A stretch of 38,683 nt of DNA from a virus (taxonomy: Duplodnaviria; Caudoviricetes). Each line of letters begins with the position of its first letter. Position 1 is the stretch's first letter. The notes below the pieces were generated by a model, which searched no databases, had not been told where the DNA came from, and saw nothing but the letters and a program-made list of their open reading frames with translations. A program made the position numbers and the translations under genes. The stretch covers positions 1-38,683 of the IMG/VR virus record IMGVR_UViG_3300026299_000007. One strand, 5' to 3'. Shown here piece after piece: positions 1 to 9,355 of the stretch.

Positions 1-122
1 CTTAGATCTGGCACACTGCCTTGCTGGATTCGTTCACCGCATTTGGATTTCCGGCCGCGCACGCGGCAAACCACTCACCGCCTGTTGGGCGCAACAGGCA
101 AATGCCCGGTCTTCACCCAGAT

Positions 123-172
123 TGTAAAGCGCGGCGCTAGTTGGCACAACTTTATGGTGGTAGTTGGCACAA
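123..172 (+). repeat. Tail-side terminus: terminal TG plus two transposase-binding repeats TAGTTGGCACAA (138-149, 161-172)
   Basis: Exact 12-nt direct repeat at a 23-nt period, inverted relative to the copies at the other end, as expected for Mu-type att end sites. Confidence 0.85.
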
Positions 173-250
173 ACTTAACAGCCGCTTTATGCGTTACGGT
201 TACTTTCTAGCGGGCTGCTGAAGGGCTGCTGAAGGGCTTCAAAACACGCG

Positions 251-895
251 TTAAATGTCAGCGGTCAGGCGAACCACATTTACCCCGTCAGCGAGGAGCA
301 TTGCGCGCTTGGTTTGGCCCACTACAATGCCTGCCCCGGCGGCTGTTTTGATCGTCGTGGTGAAGGCTCCGGAGTTGTTGCAGAACACGATTCCTTGCCA
401 GTCGTTGGGTACGATCACGGCGCGGTTATTGGTTAGGGCACCAGTAATGGTTAGGTAGTTACAGCGGGCTTCTGCTGCGGTCAGGGTGACGTCCGCGGCG
501 GTGACCGCGACACTCGCGCGCTGGGTGATATGGACGGGCTGCACCCAGGCTCGCTGGTCCGTCAATGTGGTCACGGTGGTGGCGTTGGTGACGGCGATGT
601 AGAGGGGGATGGAACCGGGGGTGAAGCCGGTGGTGTTCTTGGTCACCGTGCCACTACGCGAGGCTTCTATGTAGTTGGTCGCGCTTGCCGACAGAACGAG
701 CGCCGCGGCGTTGTTGGCGATGGTTGTTATGACGCCATCAACGGCCAGGATGCCGCCATAGAAGAAGTGATTAAGGCCGCTGCTTTGGCCTTCGCGGCGG
801 GCAAAAAGCATGGCCGGGAGGCTGGCCTCGAAGAGGCGATTGGCGGTCACCTCTTTGCCGGCCTGGGACTGGGAGAGCAGGTCAAGAATCGACAC
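251..895 (-). CDS. Tail-tip/short fibre-associated protein (DUF2793-like N-terminus)
   Basis: 214-aa ORF directly after the large tail-tip gene. N-terminal SQAGKEVTAN motif and Thr-rich beta composition resemble the gene that follows GTA-like tail proteins. Confidence 0.55.
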   Translation of the reverse strand: MSILDLLSQSQAGKEVTANRLFEASLPAMLFARREGQSSGLNHFFYGGILAVDGVITTIANNAAALVLSASATNYIEASRSGTVTKNTTGFTPGSIPLYIAVTNATTVTTLTDQRAWVQPVHITQRASVAVTAADVTLTAAEARCNYLTITGALTNNRAVIVPNDWQGIVFCNNSGAFTTTIKTAAGAGIVVGQTKRAMLLADGVNVVRLTADI

Positions 896-899
896 TTTT

Positions 900-3800
900 T
901 TACCTCGTTATGGTGGCAGTCAAGGGGTAGCCGCGGCCGACGCTGGCGGACATCTGGCAGATGCGCAGATAGAGGGTCGCCTGGTTGGCGCCGAAGTCGG
1001 TCACCTGGTCGGCACTGAGGTACTCGGCAGCGGGCGCACTGACGGTCAGAGTGCGCTTGACGACGGCGTACGTGCCGTCGCTGCAGATGTCGATCTGGTA
1101 CTGCTCCACGGTCTCGCCGAGTTCGGCGTCGACGTAGTCTCGCCACTCGCCGCCGGTCCTCGTGCGACGCACCCAGAGCAGCGTCCAGTCCCCGCTCGTC
1201 GGGTCGCGGCGGCCAGTCAGGGAGATCGGGGCGAGCGGGGTCAGGTTGACGGCGCGATAGGTGAAGGAGCGGTCGACATCGCTGCTGATGTCGGCGCCGA
1301 CACTGATGCCGCGGTAGTCGCGGGCCGCGCCGATAGTGCTGCTGGCCATCGAGACAATACCGAGCTCATCGATATCGAGCAGCACAACGACGTCGCCGCC
1401 GACGTGGCTACCCATGTATTGCTCGGTCCCATAGCGCCCCCTGAGCAGGCCGCTGAGCACGTATGTCGACCCGCTCTGCAGGGCGCAGGTCTTGGCGGCA
1501 ATGATCTCCCAGCGGCCGTCGGCGCCATACGCGAAATGATTGGCGCCGCCGAGCATGGACAGCTCGGTGCAGTCGAAAAGCTCGCCTTTTGTGAGCACCA
1601 CTGTCAGCCGGCTGGCGGTGTCGAGCAGGCGCGCTTCGGCAGCCCCGATGGCATTGGTCGCCGTACCGAATGTCGAGCCTGGCGGGGCGAAGTCGGCGAT
1701 CGCCGACCAGGTGCCGCCGGCATCCGCGGACTGCACCAGAACGCCCCCACGCCAGCCGCTGCTCGGGCCGCACATGGCCACCGGAAAGCCGGCCGCTGCC
1801 TGCACGTCGTGGAGTAGAGGGATGTCCAGAAGTTGATAGACGGAAGGACCCGCCAGAGGGATGGTCGCCACGCCGGTCGATTGCCCGGATGCCCCGCTGG
1901 CGGTCGGCGTGTAGACCGTCGCGTTGGCCATCTTGCCCGCACATTCGACCCGCCCGTCGCTGGTGTTGTTGATGCGCGTCAGGCGCACCGCGAGAACGCC
2001 ATCAGGGGCCGTCAGGCTGACCACATCGGCCGGCTGCAGGCGCCGGTAAGTCGGCGGCAGGTTGAACACCACGTCGTTGCGCTCCAGCCATCGCACGCCG
2101 AGCAACACCTGCGCCTTGCCGGCCGCCTCGGTCGGCGTCATCACGATCGGCAACTCGATCGCCTCCACATTGACCGCCGACGAATTGAGCCGCTCGGCGT
2201 ACTGCGCGCCTGGCTCGTACTCGCGCGCGCCATCGATGTGATTGACCCACAACACACGCGGCAGCTGCGAGTCCATTTCACGCGGCAGGCTGATCTGCAC
2301 GCCTGGCTCGGCGCCTTCGACCCGAGCATCCAGATCCGCCGCCGGGATAGTCGCCACACTGGCGCCGCCGCGCATGACGAACTGGATTTTATAGCCGTTC
2401 ATGCGGATGTCGAATGGCCAGGCATCGCGCAGCACTTCCAGCGAGCTGCGGATCGGCCCCAGGCGGCTGACCCGATAGCCGCTGACCACCGGCGTAAGCG
2501 CGCCGACATCGAGGTCAGCGAGCGTCAGAGAGGTCGCTTGCAGGCACTCGGCGGCGACGACATCCGAGAGAAGCGCCCCGGCGCCGATGCGACGCACGTT
2601 GATCAACGCAGCCGCCGCAGACGTGTATGCAGACACCAGCACCTGGCCGAGGAACGAGCACCCGGAGAGCCACAGCTGAGACGACGGCATGGCGATGTTA
2701 AACCACGTAATGCCGTCCAGCGACACGGAAGCCAGGGCGCTGCCATAGCCGATGGCCACAAAGTGATCTCTGTTCCAGACGACCGACTTGTAGTTCAGCC
2801 CGCCGGCCGTCCGCTCTGTCCAGGTGACGCCATCTGGCGAGGTTTGTATCGGCGAGCCACCTGAATATCCGACCGCGACGAAAAGACCGGCACCATAAGC
2901 GATACTGCCCCAGTTTCCAACAGCCGCCATGATGCGTTGCGTCCATGTTTGACCGTCTGCAGACGTCGCGCAGAGATTGGTGCCGCCTTTCAGCGCGCAG
3001 AATATCGTCCCATTGTGAGCCACAGCACCATACCCGGAAGATGGCATGGCCCCCTTACGCCAATTTACGCCGCCGTCGTCAGTCGTCGCGCTAATGTTGC
3101 TCGCAACGGCGCAGAACTTCCCGCCGCCGTAGGCAATTCCGGCATAGTTTGACCCAGAGTACGGGGGATATGGATTGACCGGGTTTGCCACCCAGTCACG
3201 CGCCGGAACCGAGTCCTGCGGCAGCCAGGTATTGCCATCATCAAACGATCGGTCACATCCCGTGCCCGCCTGCATGGTGATGAAGACACCGCCGCCCCAC
3301 GCCATACAGTCGTAACCGGCGCCCGCCCGCCGGGTGCGCGCAGCCCAGGTTCTGCCGTCCTGCGTGACCGCGACGCGGTTCGACCCGAAGGCGCCATTCG
3401 ACATCGCGACCGCCGTCGTCGGCGACGCGGCCATGCACGCCCAGGTGTCCGATGCGGGGAGGCTATATTGCGTCGCCGTCCATTGCGCCGGCACCGTAGA
3501 CTGCATCAGCTCCACCTTTGCTTGCACCCCAGCCAGCGTGTTCTGGTAGCTCTCCAGCGGCAGGTCATAGAAGACGATGTACGCCAGGCCAGGCCAGCCG
3601 GACGTGCTCCCAACACCCAGCGTCGCCTGCATGCGCGGGTCTGGTTGTTGCGTGTCGCTGCCGGGATAGAAGCGAAAGCCGCTTGCCGCCGCGTTGCTCG
3701 CCGCAATCGTGTCCGGGTCGTCTGAGCCGGCGTCGTACCACAGCTGGCCACCGAGCCAGATACGGCGGATACCGGCCAGCGGTGCGCCCTTGCTGCGCGC

Positions 3801-4157
3801 GTCGTCGACGCTCAGCGCAAAGGTCGCGTAGTAGCTGTGCGCGACGTTTGTCTGCTTGCTTCCCCCGCCCTTGCCGCCCGACTTGGTCTTCGTCGTGACG
3901 TGCTTGTACGCGTCGTTTTCCAGCCAGAAGACGTTGCCGCTAACCGCCATCGTGCCGTACGCCCGGGAGAGAAAAACACCGTAGGACGCCGACTGATAGC
4001 GCAAATCCGCCAGGCTCGGTCCTTCGACGGTTGGCCCGTCCGGCGGGTCGAGATAGCCGCCAAGGCCCATTCCGATCTGTGCGCCGAGCCATGGATTTTG
4101 CACGAATGAACCGAGAACGCCACCGACGACACCGCCGACGATTTGCCCGGCGCTCAT
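900..4157 (-). CDS. Central tail-tip/host-specificity protein (RcGTA g15 megatron-like / phage tail_3) with internal Asp-box repeats
   Basis: 1085 aa. Has GGKGGG, RIW..G.L and GLAYIVF motifs and C-terminal LLRGRYGTE and W.RRTR..G.W motifs typical of GTA-like tail proteins. Follows the NlpC/P60 gene. Confidence 0.85.
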   Translation of the reverse strand: MSAGQIVGGVVGGVLGSFVQNPWLGAQIGMGLGGYLDPPDGPTVEGPSLADLRYQSASYGVFLSRAYGTMAVSGNVFWLENDAYKHVTTKTKSGGKGGGSKQTNVAHSYYATFALSVDDARSKGAPLAGIRRIWLGGQLWYDAGSDDPDTIAASNAAASGFRFYPGSDTQQPDPRMQATLGVGSTSGWPGLAYIVFYDLPLESYQNTLAGVQAKVELMQSTVPAQWTATQYSLPASDTWACMAASPTTAVAMSNGAFGSNRVAVTQDGRTWAARTRRAGAGYDCMAWGGGVFITMQAGTGCDRSFDDGNTWLPQDSVPARDWVANPVNPYPPYSGSNYAGIAYGGGKFCAVASNISATTDDGGVNWRKGAMPSSGYGAVAHNGTIFCALKGGTNLCATSADGQTWTQRIMAAVGNWGSIAYGAGLFVAVGYSGGSPIQTSPDGVTWTERTAGGLNYKSVVWNRDHFVAIGYGSALASVSLDGITWFNIAMPSSQLWLSGCSFLGQVLVSAYTSAAAALINVRRIGAGALLSDVVAAECLQATSLTLADLDVGALTPVVSGYRVSRLGPIRSSLEVLRDAWPFDIRMNGYKIQFVMRGGASVATIPAADLDARVEGAEPGVQISLPREMDSQLPRVLWVNHIDGAREYEPGAQYAERLNSSAVNVEAIELPIVMTPTEAAGKAQVLLGVRWLERNDVVFNLPPTYRRLQPADVVSLTAPDGVLAVRLTRINNTSDGRVECAGKMANATVYTPTASGASGQSTGVATIPLAGPSVYQLLDIPLLHDVQAAAGFPVAMCGPSSGWRGGVLVQSADAGGTWSAIADFAPPGSTFGTATNAIGAAEARLLDTASRLTVVLTKGELFDCTELSMLGGANHFAYGADGRWEIIAAKTCALQSGSTYVLSGLLRGRYGTEQYMGSHVGGDVVVLLDIDELGIVSMASSTIGAARDYRGISVGADISSDVDRSFTYRAVNLTPLAPISLTGRRDPTSGDWTLLWVRRTRTGGEWRDYVDAELGETVEQYQIDICSDGTYAVVKRTLTVSAPAAEYLSADQVTDFGANQATLYLRICQMSASVGRGYPLTATITR

Positions 4158-4591
4158 GGCTCAAGGCCCGCGAAGCGATAGACGCGCACGATGCTCGCCA
4201 CCTTGCTCAGCCAGTCGGCGTCGGCGCGGTGTTCGGCCACCTTCCGCACAGCTGCCCAGGCATGCACGATCAAACCATCGTCGCAGAGTACGGCCAGGTG
4301 CTGCGGTTCCGACACCCCGGCAAACCGCATTAGCAGCATGTCGCCCGGCTGGCGCTCGGCGATCTCCAGCACGCGCACCAGGCACGGCTGCGCATCGAGC
4401 AGCGCCTCGATCTGCCCGCCCGCCGGCGATCGTCCGTAGCCACTGGCGTCGATCACCTCGCAGTCGACGGCGCTTGCCACATGCACCGCCAGGCCGGCGC
4501 AGTCCAGGCCGGTCTCGATGCTGCGCCCCTGGTGCCGCCAGGGCGCGCCGAGGCACGCGCGAGCGGCGGCGATGATGTCGGCGGCGGTCAT
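4154..4591 (-). CDS. NlpC/P60-family tail-associated peptidase (RcGTA g14-like)
   Basis: W.HQGR...GLDCAGL (catalytic Cys), HLAVL and IVHA (His residues). Start taken at MTAADIIAAAR. Confidence 0.88.
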   Translation of the reverse strand: MTAADIIAAARACLGAPWRHQGRSIETGLDCAGLAVHVASAVDCEVIDASGYGRSPAGGQIEALLDAQPCLVRVLEIAERQPGDMLLMRFAGVSEPQHLAVLCDDGLIVHAWAAVRKVAEHRADADWLSKVASIVRVYRFAGLEP

Positions 4592-4595
4592 GCCT

Positions 4596-5450
4596 TCAAT
4601 AACCCTGCCCGACCTGGGCATAGGTGCTCGCCGTCGGCACGTTCGGGAAGCCGGCAAAGCGGGCCACGTTGTTGAACGTCGTCGAGCCGTTCCAGCGCGC
4701 CTGGCAGTCGCTCAGGCGCTTGCGGCAGCCGCGCAGCATCGAGTAAGTATTGCCCACTGCGGGCAGAAAATCGAAGGGCTCCACGGTCTGTATGGTGCCG
4801 TCGGCCAGGTAGACATTGACCGTCTTGGCCGGCAGGCCGGCGTTCGGCCCGCTGGTGAAACGGATCGTCCCGGCGCCGAAGATGTCCGCGCCCTCGCTGC
4901 GTGACGAGTCCCGGAAGTTGACGGCACTGGTCACCGAGGTGAGCGTTCCTGTGACCGTGTTGGCCGCCAGGGGCACGTGGCAGCCGCCGTACTCCTGACC
5001 GCAGAAAACATTCGTGCACTGGGCGCTGACCACGCCGCCGACCGACTCGTTGAGCACGTCGATCAGCGACACCCCCGAGATCTCGTAGCGCTGGTCGCGC
5101 AGCGTCGTCTTGCCGAAGATGCCGAGGAAGATCGGCTCCTCGTCTTCCACCGGCGCCGCCCAGGAGGTGGTGAAGAAATAGCAGCGCGCCCCGTCGAACA
5201 CCCCGCTGCGGATCGCCGCGCGGGTGATGCCGGCCAGGCCCTCGATGCCTGCCAGGTCGATCGAGCCCGGCGCTAAATCGGAGGTGGCTGTAACGCCGGT
5301 GAACTCGTAGCCGGCGCCGCTGCTGTACACCTGGCTGTTGCTCATCGTCAGGTCGCGCGGATGGTCGCAGATGCGCATCGGCGCGCCGACCAGGGGCACG
5401 ATGCGCAGGCACTCGACGCGGTAGCGCCAGTCGGCGACGACGGTTTTCAT
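4596..5450 (-). CDS. Baseplate hub protein (DUF2163/BR0599, RcGTA g13-like)
   Basis: Start MKTVVADW overlaps the upstream stop. Carries Cys motifs C...F....YGGC and GC.KR..DC, and ends N...F.GFP.VP. Confidence 0.85.
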   Translation of the reverse strand: MKTVVADWRYRVECLRIVPLVGAPMRICDHPRDLTMSNSQVYSSGAGYEFTGVTATSDLAPGSIDLAGIEGLAGITRAAIRSGVFDGARCYFFTTSWAAPVEDEEPIFLGIFGKTTLRDQRYEISGVSLIDVLNESVGGVVSAQCTNVFCGQEYGGCHVPLAANTVTGTLTSVTSAVNFRDSSRSEGADIFGAGTIRFTSGPNAGLPAKTVNVYLADGTIQTVEPFDFLPAVGNTYSMLRGCRKRLSDCQARWNGSTTFNNVARFAGFPNVPTASTYAQVGQGY

Positions 5451-6097
5451 GGGACCAGCAGCTCGACCAGCTCGACGTCGCGCAGGTCGCGGTAGTTCGG
5501 GGCGATCATGTCGACATTGACCACGGTGTCGAAGCGCACCGGGATGTCGAAGCGGCAGCCGCCGGTGATCACGTCGGCCGGATGGCTCGGCGCCGGGGTG
5601 ATCGTCACCAGCCCGCTGGTGGTGTCGACACTCACGCCGGAGCTGAGCAGCGTGCCGTTCTTGGCCACCAGCACCGAGCCAGAGATCGGCTTGTAGATGA
5701 TGCGCCAGGGCCGGCCGATGGTCGGCAGTCCGGCCTTGTCCTTGCCGTACTCCTTGCGCAGCTGATAGACGCCGGCCGACACATAGAGCAGCTGGTGGTC
5801 GTCCTTGGTCGGCGCCGAGCGTCCGTCGGCCGCGGTGGTGTTGTCGTCGTTGGCCCAGGCGCGAAAGCCGCCCAGGCGGCCGAATGCGCGGTCGTAGAGG
5901 TCCTTCACCTTCACCCCCACGTCGGCGCGATCGGCGCGGAAGATCAGGCGGAACCGACGGCGAGGGTAGGGATGGACCAGCCACCGATATTCCTGCTCGC
6001 TGGCCGTTTCCGAGATCCGCACCTCGTAGCCATCCGACCACGAAGAGCCGTAGGAGATCGCCGCGCTGATGCGCTCTTCCAGGAATGGGTTAGGCAT
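5447..6097 (-). CDS. Distal tail protein (DUF2460, RcGTA g12-like)
   Basis: FLEER, YQLRKEY and F.IPVRFD motifs; lies immediately after the tape measure gene. Confidence 0.85.
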   Translation of the reverse strand: MPNPFLEERISAAISYGSSWSDGYEVRISETASEQEYRWLVHPYPRRRFRLIFRADRADVGVKVKDLYDRAFGRLGGFRAWANDDNTTAADGRSAPTKDDHQLLYVSAGVYQLRKEYGKDKAGLPTIGRPWRIIYKPISGSVLVAKNGTLLSSGVSVDTTSGLVTITPAPSHPADVITGGCRFDIPVRFDTVVNVDMIAPNYRDLRDVELVELLVP

Positions 6098-8687
6098 AAC
6101 GACCGGCTCCTTGCACCGCGCCGCGCACCTGCCGCGCCACTTCGCCGCCGGCCCGGCGGACCTCGGCGGCGCTGCCGGTGACGCCCGGGAAGTTCAGCGT
6201 GATGTGCGTGGCGCCGGAGCTGCCGCCCTCGCTGCGCACGCCAAGACGGCCGCTGGAGTCGCGGGTCAGCGGCATCACCGCCTCAGGGCCAGCCTCGCCG
6301 CCCACCCCGGCAAAAGCGCCGCCGTTGGCAAAGCGGTGCAGGGTGCCAAAGGTGAACGGGGTCGGGCGATCGATGATCGTGTTGGCGTACCGGTGCAGGC
6401 TCGGCGAACCGGAGAAGACATTGCCATTGGCCGAAGCCAGTGCCACGCCATTGGTCATGAAGGCATTGGTCGTGCCCGTCGTGCCGAAGCCGCTACCGCC
6501 ACCAAAGAGCCCGAGAGCGCCCTTGACCAGATCGCCAATGCCGCTACCGCCACCACTGCCCTTATCGCCGAACAGCAGCGCTTTGAGCTCGATGCGCGCG
6601 AGATCCGCAATGATCGCCTTCGCCAGGTCGCCAAAGTTCGCCTTGCCGGTGGTAACAAAGCTCATCAATGCCACCTCCATGCCCTGGAAGCCGCGCGTAA
6701 AGGCCTCTTCCACCTCGTCGGCGACGTTCTTCGTAGTGTCCATGTACTTGGTCAACGCCCGCTCGGCGCCAGTCTCCCAAAGGCTGTTCAAGCGCTCCTG
6801 CTCGGCCTGCAGCGCCTTCACCTGGTCGAGCTGCGCCGACTCGGCTTCGCTGACGCGGACGATCGCCGCGCGGTAGGCTTCCATCGCCTGCACGTCGTCG
6901 ACTTCCAGCGTCGCCGCCTTTTGCGAGAGCGCCTCGCGGGCCGCGTCGGCGGCTTCCTCGACCTTGCGCAGGGCCGCTTCCAGCTCGCGCTGCGGAGCGG
7001 TCATCTGCTTCTCGTTGTAGATCGCGTTCTGGCGTTTGTAGGTATCTTCGAGGTTGCCGACCGTGCGGTCCATCGCCGCCTGCGCCCGGTCCATCGCCTT
7101 TTGCTTGCGGTCGGCTGCCTGCAGGTCGTGCATCTCCTGCGCTGCCTGCTGCTGCAGCTCGCGCAGGCGGGCATCGTGCAGGCGGTCCGGGTCGGCGCTC
7201 TTGCGGCTTCCCTTGCCGGACTCGCGGGCGATTGCCGCGTCCAGGTTGGCGACCAGCTTGGCGCGGGCATCGGCGAAGAAGGCCGGATTCTCCACCGCCA
7301 TGCCTGCCCACTTCTTGTCGAAGGTTTCCAGCTCCAGCGACTTCTTCAGCGTCGCGTCGCGGCCGGCCACCTCCTTGTTGAACGCGTCGTAGAGCGACAG
7401 GCGGTCGGCGGCCAAACCTTCCATATGCTTCTTGGCCGCGGCGCGGGCGCCATCCTTGTCGCGCAGCTGAATGCCGCCCGGGTTGCTGTTGCGCACGGCG
7501 ATCGCATCGTCGAGTTCCTGCTGGGCGGTCTTGAGTTGACTCGATGCGCTGAAGCGGTCCTTCAGATACCCTGGCTCCTTGTCGGCCTCGGCTTTCAGGC
7601 GGGAAATCTCATTGAGCTTGCGATTGATCCAGCCATCATCGCGGGCGATGCTCGAACTGACGGCAGTGGTCGGCGACTTGGCGCCGGCCATCCACGCCAT
7701 GACGTCCATCTCGACCGAGCCCAGGCCGTAGAAGAAGCGCTTGAACATGCCCTCGCCGTTCTGCGCCAGGCGGTCCATCCCTGCCGCGGCCGTGTTGAGC
7801 GATTCGGCCAGGCTGTCGAAGACGCTGCCGCCGCCACTCCCCGCCGCTGGCGCCGCGAGCGACATCTTGAAGGTCTCCCAGGCGTTTTCCATGCGGTTCA
7901 GGCGCGCCTGGAAGCTGTCCGCCGCACGCGCGGCAGAGGCGCCGAAGGTCTTCTCCAGCTCGGCGGCGAATTTGGGCAGAAAGTCGTCCGAGAGCACCTT
8001 GCCCTGCTCAAGCATTTTGCCCAGCTCGGCGGTCGATACGCCCATCGCACGGGCGGCGATCTGGAAAGCGCCCGGCAGGCGTTCGCCGAGCTGGCCGCGC
8101 AGCTCTTCGGCCTGCACCGTGCCCTTGCTCATCATCTGCTGCACGGCGAGCAGGGCGCCGCTGGTTTCTGCCGATGACAGGCCGACGACGGTTGTCGCCT
8201 TGCTCACCGCCTCGAAGATCGCCCGGGTCTTGGTGCCTTCCAGGTTAGTGCCGACGCTCGCCGCGGCGAGCTTGCCGTAAGCGTCGGCAGTGGCGAGCAG
8301 CGAGGTGCCCAGGCCATTCGACGTGCTTTTGATGTAGGCGAGGTTGGCGGCCCCGGCGCTCACCGAGCCGAAGGCGAAGGCATAGGTGTTCTTGAGCTTG
8401 TCCGCCTGCAGCGCGGCGTCCTTGTACGCCGAGGCGAGCGCCACGACGCTGCCGATGACCCCGCTGCCGACCAGCAACTTTCCGCCGAGGCTGGTCATCG
8501 AGTCGATCTTTCCCGACAGCCCGCCGACCTCGTCAGAGACCTTGCGCACCCCGCCGGATGCCTGGCTGCCGGCGCGGGCCTCGGTATTGACGCCCTTCAG
8601 CGCGCGCTCGATGCGCTGCGCCTCGGCGGTGGTCTGGGTCGCGCCGTCGAGGCTGACGCGTACCCGCAATTGCCCGTCAGTAGCCAT
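6090..8687 (-). CDS. Tail tape measure protein
   Basis: 865 aa, Ala-rich and helical. Tape-measure N-terminal motif QMMSKGTVQAEELRGQLGERLPGA and lambda-like C-terminal FANGG...GEAGPEAVMPL. Confidence 0.95.
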   Translation of the reverse strand: MATDGQLRVRVSLDGATQTTAEAQRIERALKGVNTEARAGSQASGGVRKVSDEVGGLSGKIDSMTSLGGKLLVGSGVIGSVVALASAYKDAALQADKLKNTYAFAFGSVSAGAANLAYIKSTSNGLGTSLLATADAYGKLAAASVGTNLEGTKTRAIFEAVSKATTVVGLSSAETSGALLAVQQMMSKGTVQAEELRGQLGERLPGAFQIAARAMGVSTAELGKMLEQGKVLSDDFLPKFAAELEKTFGASAARAADSFQARLNRMENAWETFKMSLAAPAAGSGGGSVFDSLAESLNTAAAGMDRLAQNGEGMFKRFFYGLGSVEMDVMAWMAGAKSPTTAVSSSIARDDGWINRKLNEISRLKAEADKEPGYLKDRFSASSQLKTAQQELDDAIAVRNSNPGGIQLRDKDGARAAAKKHMEGLAADRLSLYDAFNKEVAGRDATLKKSLELETFDKKWAGMAVENPAFFADARAKLVANLDAAIARESGKGSRKSADPDRLHDARLRELQQQAAQEMHDLQAADRKQKAMDRAQAAMDRTVGNLEDTYKRQNAIYNEKQMTAPQRELEAALRKVEEAADAAREALSQKAATLEVDDVQAMEAYRAAIVRVSEAESAQLDQVKALQAEQERLNSLWETGAERALTKYMDTTKNVADEVEEAFTRGFQGMEVALMSFVTTGKANFGDLAKAIIADLARIELKALLFGDKGSGGGSGIGDLVKGALGLFGGGSGFGTTGTTNAFMTNGVALASANGNVFSGSPSLHRYANTIIDRPTPFTFGTLHRFANGGAFAGVGGEAGPEAVMPLTRDSSGRLGVRSEGGSSGATHITLNFPGVTGSAAEVRRAGGEVARQVRGAVQGAGRYA

Positions 8688-8690
8688 GTC

Positions 8691-8960
8691 TCAATTCCCC
8701 TGGCGCTTGTTGAGCACCTCCAGCGCTGCCGACTCCATCACCCGCAGCGCGTCAAACAACTCCGGGCGCTGGCGGCGTTTAACGCCAAGCAGGTCAAAGA
8801 CGGTCGGTAGCACCTCGTAGCGCAGGCCGATCACCGTGTTGCCCATGCCGGCCAGCGACCATTGCGTTTGCAGCGCACAGAAGGCCTTCACCGCCGGCCA
8901 GTTTTCAGGCCACACCTCGTGACCCTCGTCGTCTTCAAAATCCTCGGGCGCGAAGCCCAT
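8691..8960 (-). CDS. Tail assembly chaperone, frameshift (gpT-like, DUF1799) part
   Basis: VWPENWPAV..F....TQW and GL.YE motifs; in frame with a -1 shift at the end of the upstream chaperone. Confidence 0.85.
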   Translation of the reverse strand: MGFAPEDFEDDEGHEVWPENWPAVKAFCALQTQWSLAGMGNTVIGLRYEVLPTVFDLLGVKRRQRPELFDALRVMESAALEVLNKRQGN

Positions 8961-9013
8961 GGCCAGCAGCCCGGCATCTGGCGGCGCGGCACAAAGCGCT
9001 TGCGCCGCCGCCC

Positions 9014-9346
9014 TCAGTTTCCCAGGCGGCTCTCGAAGACGGCCGCGATATAGGCGCCAACCAGGTCGCGCCCGGCCGCCGGGTACATGTTCAGCAGCGC
9101 GGCCAGCGCGTCGCGCGAGTACGGCAGGGCCTGGTCCTGGTCGTCAAGCAGCTCCGACCAGCCGGCAATGACATCGCTCAGCGAGTCGAGATGATCGACC
9201 CCCTCGCGGGCCTTAATCCAGGCCTGCAGGTCTTGCTTGCTCTTGTAGCGCCATTCCACGGTGAAGACCCCAGGCTCGGCGCTGCCGGGGATGGTGATCC
9301 GGGCCTCGGCGACGAAGGTCGCCGGCGGCATAACGGCTTTAAACAT
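9014..9346 (-). CDS. Tail assembly chaperone (gpG-like)
   Basis: 110 aa between tube and tape measure, ending RLGN on the slippery sequence G GGA AAC. Confidence 0.85.
   Translation of the reverse strand: MFKAVMPPATFVAEARITIPGSAEPGVFTVEWRYKSKQDLQAWIKAREGVDHLDSLSDVIAGWSELLDDQDQALPYSRDALAALLNMYPAAGRDLVGAYIAAVFESRLGN
9017..9023 (-). other. Programmed -1 ribosomal frameshift site GGGAAAC
   Basis: X XXY YYZ heptamer immediately before the stop. The -1 frame is open and continuous with the 8691..8960 ORF. Confidence 0.85.
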
Positions 9347-9355
9347 GGCCGCCCC

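Noticed and set aside
1..122. Hairpins in the left flank (e.g. GCCTGTTG-GGCG-CAACAGGC at 80-99) as a phage RNA or terminator
   Set aside because: They lie outside the TG terminus, so they are probably host DNA, and the stretch is too short to classify
212..238. Tandem GGGCTGCTGAA repeat as a CRISPR-like or functional array
   Set aside because: Only two full 11-nt copies with no spacers; looks like a local duplication next to the degenerate late box
251..4157. A second DGR variable repeat in the tail genes
   Set aside because: By eye no TR-like sequence or GGxW...GFR C-terminus was found outside 13007-13121; a BLASTN of TR against the genome and host would be decisive
6069..8177. Long + strand ORFs antisense to structural genes (also 810..1817, 20139..21371, 22496..23812)
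   Set aside because: Shadow ORFs expected from high-GC codon bias opposite well-supported - strand genes
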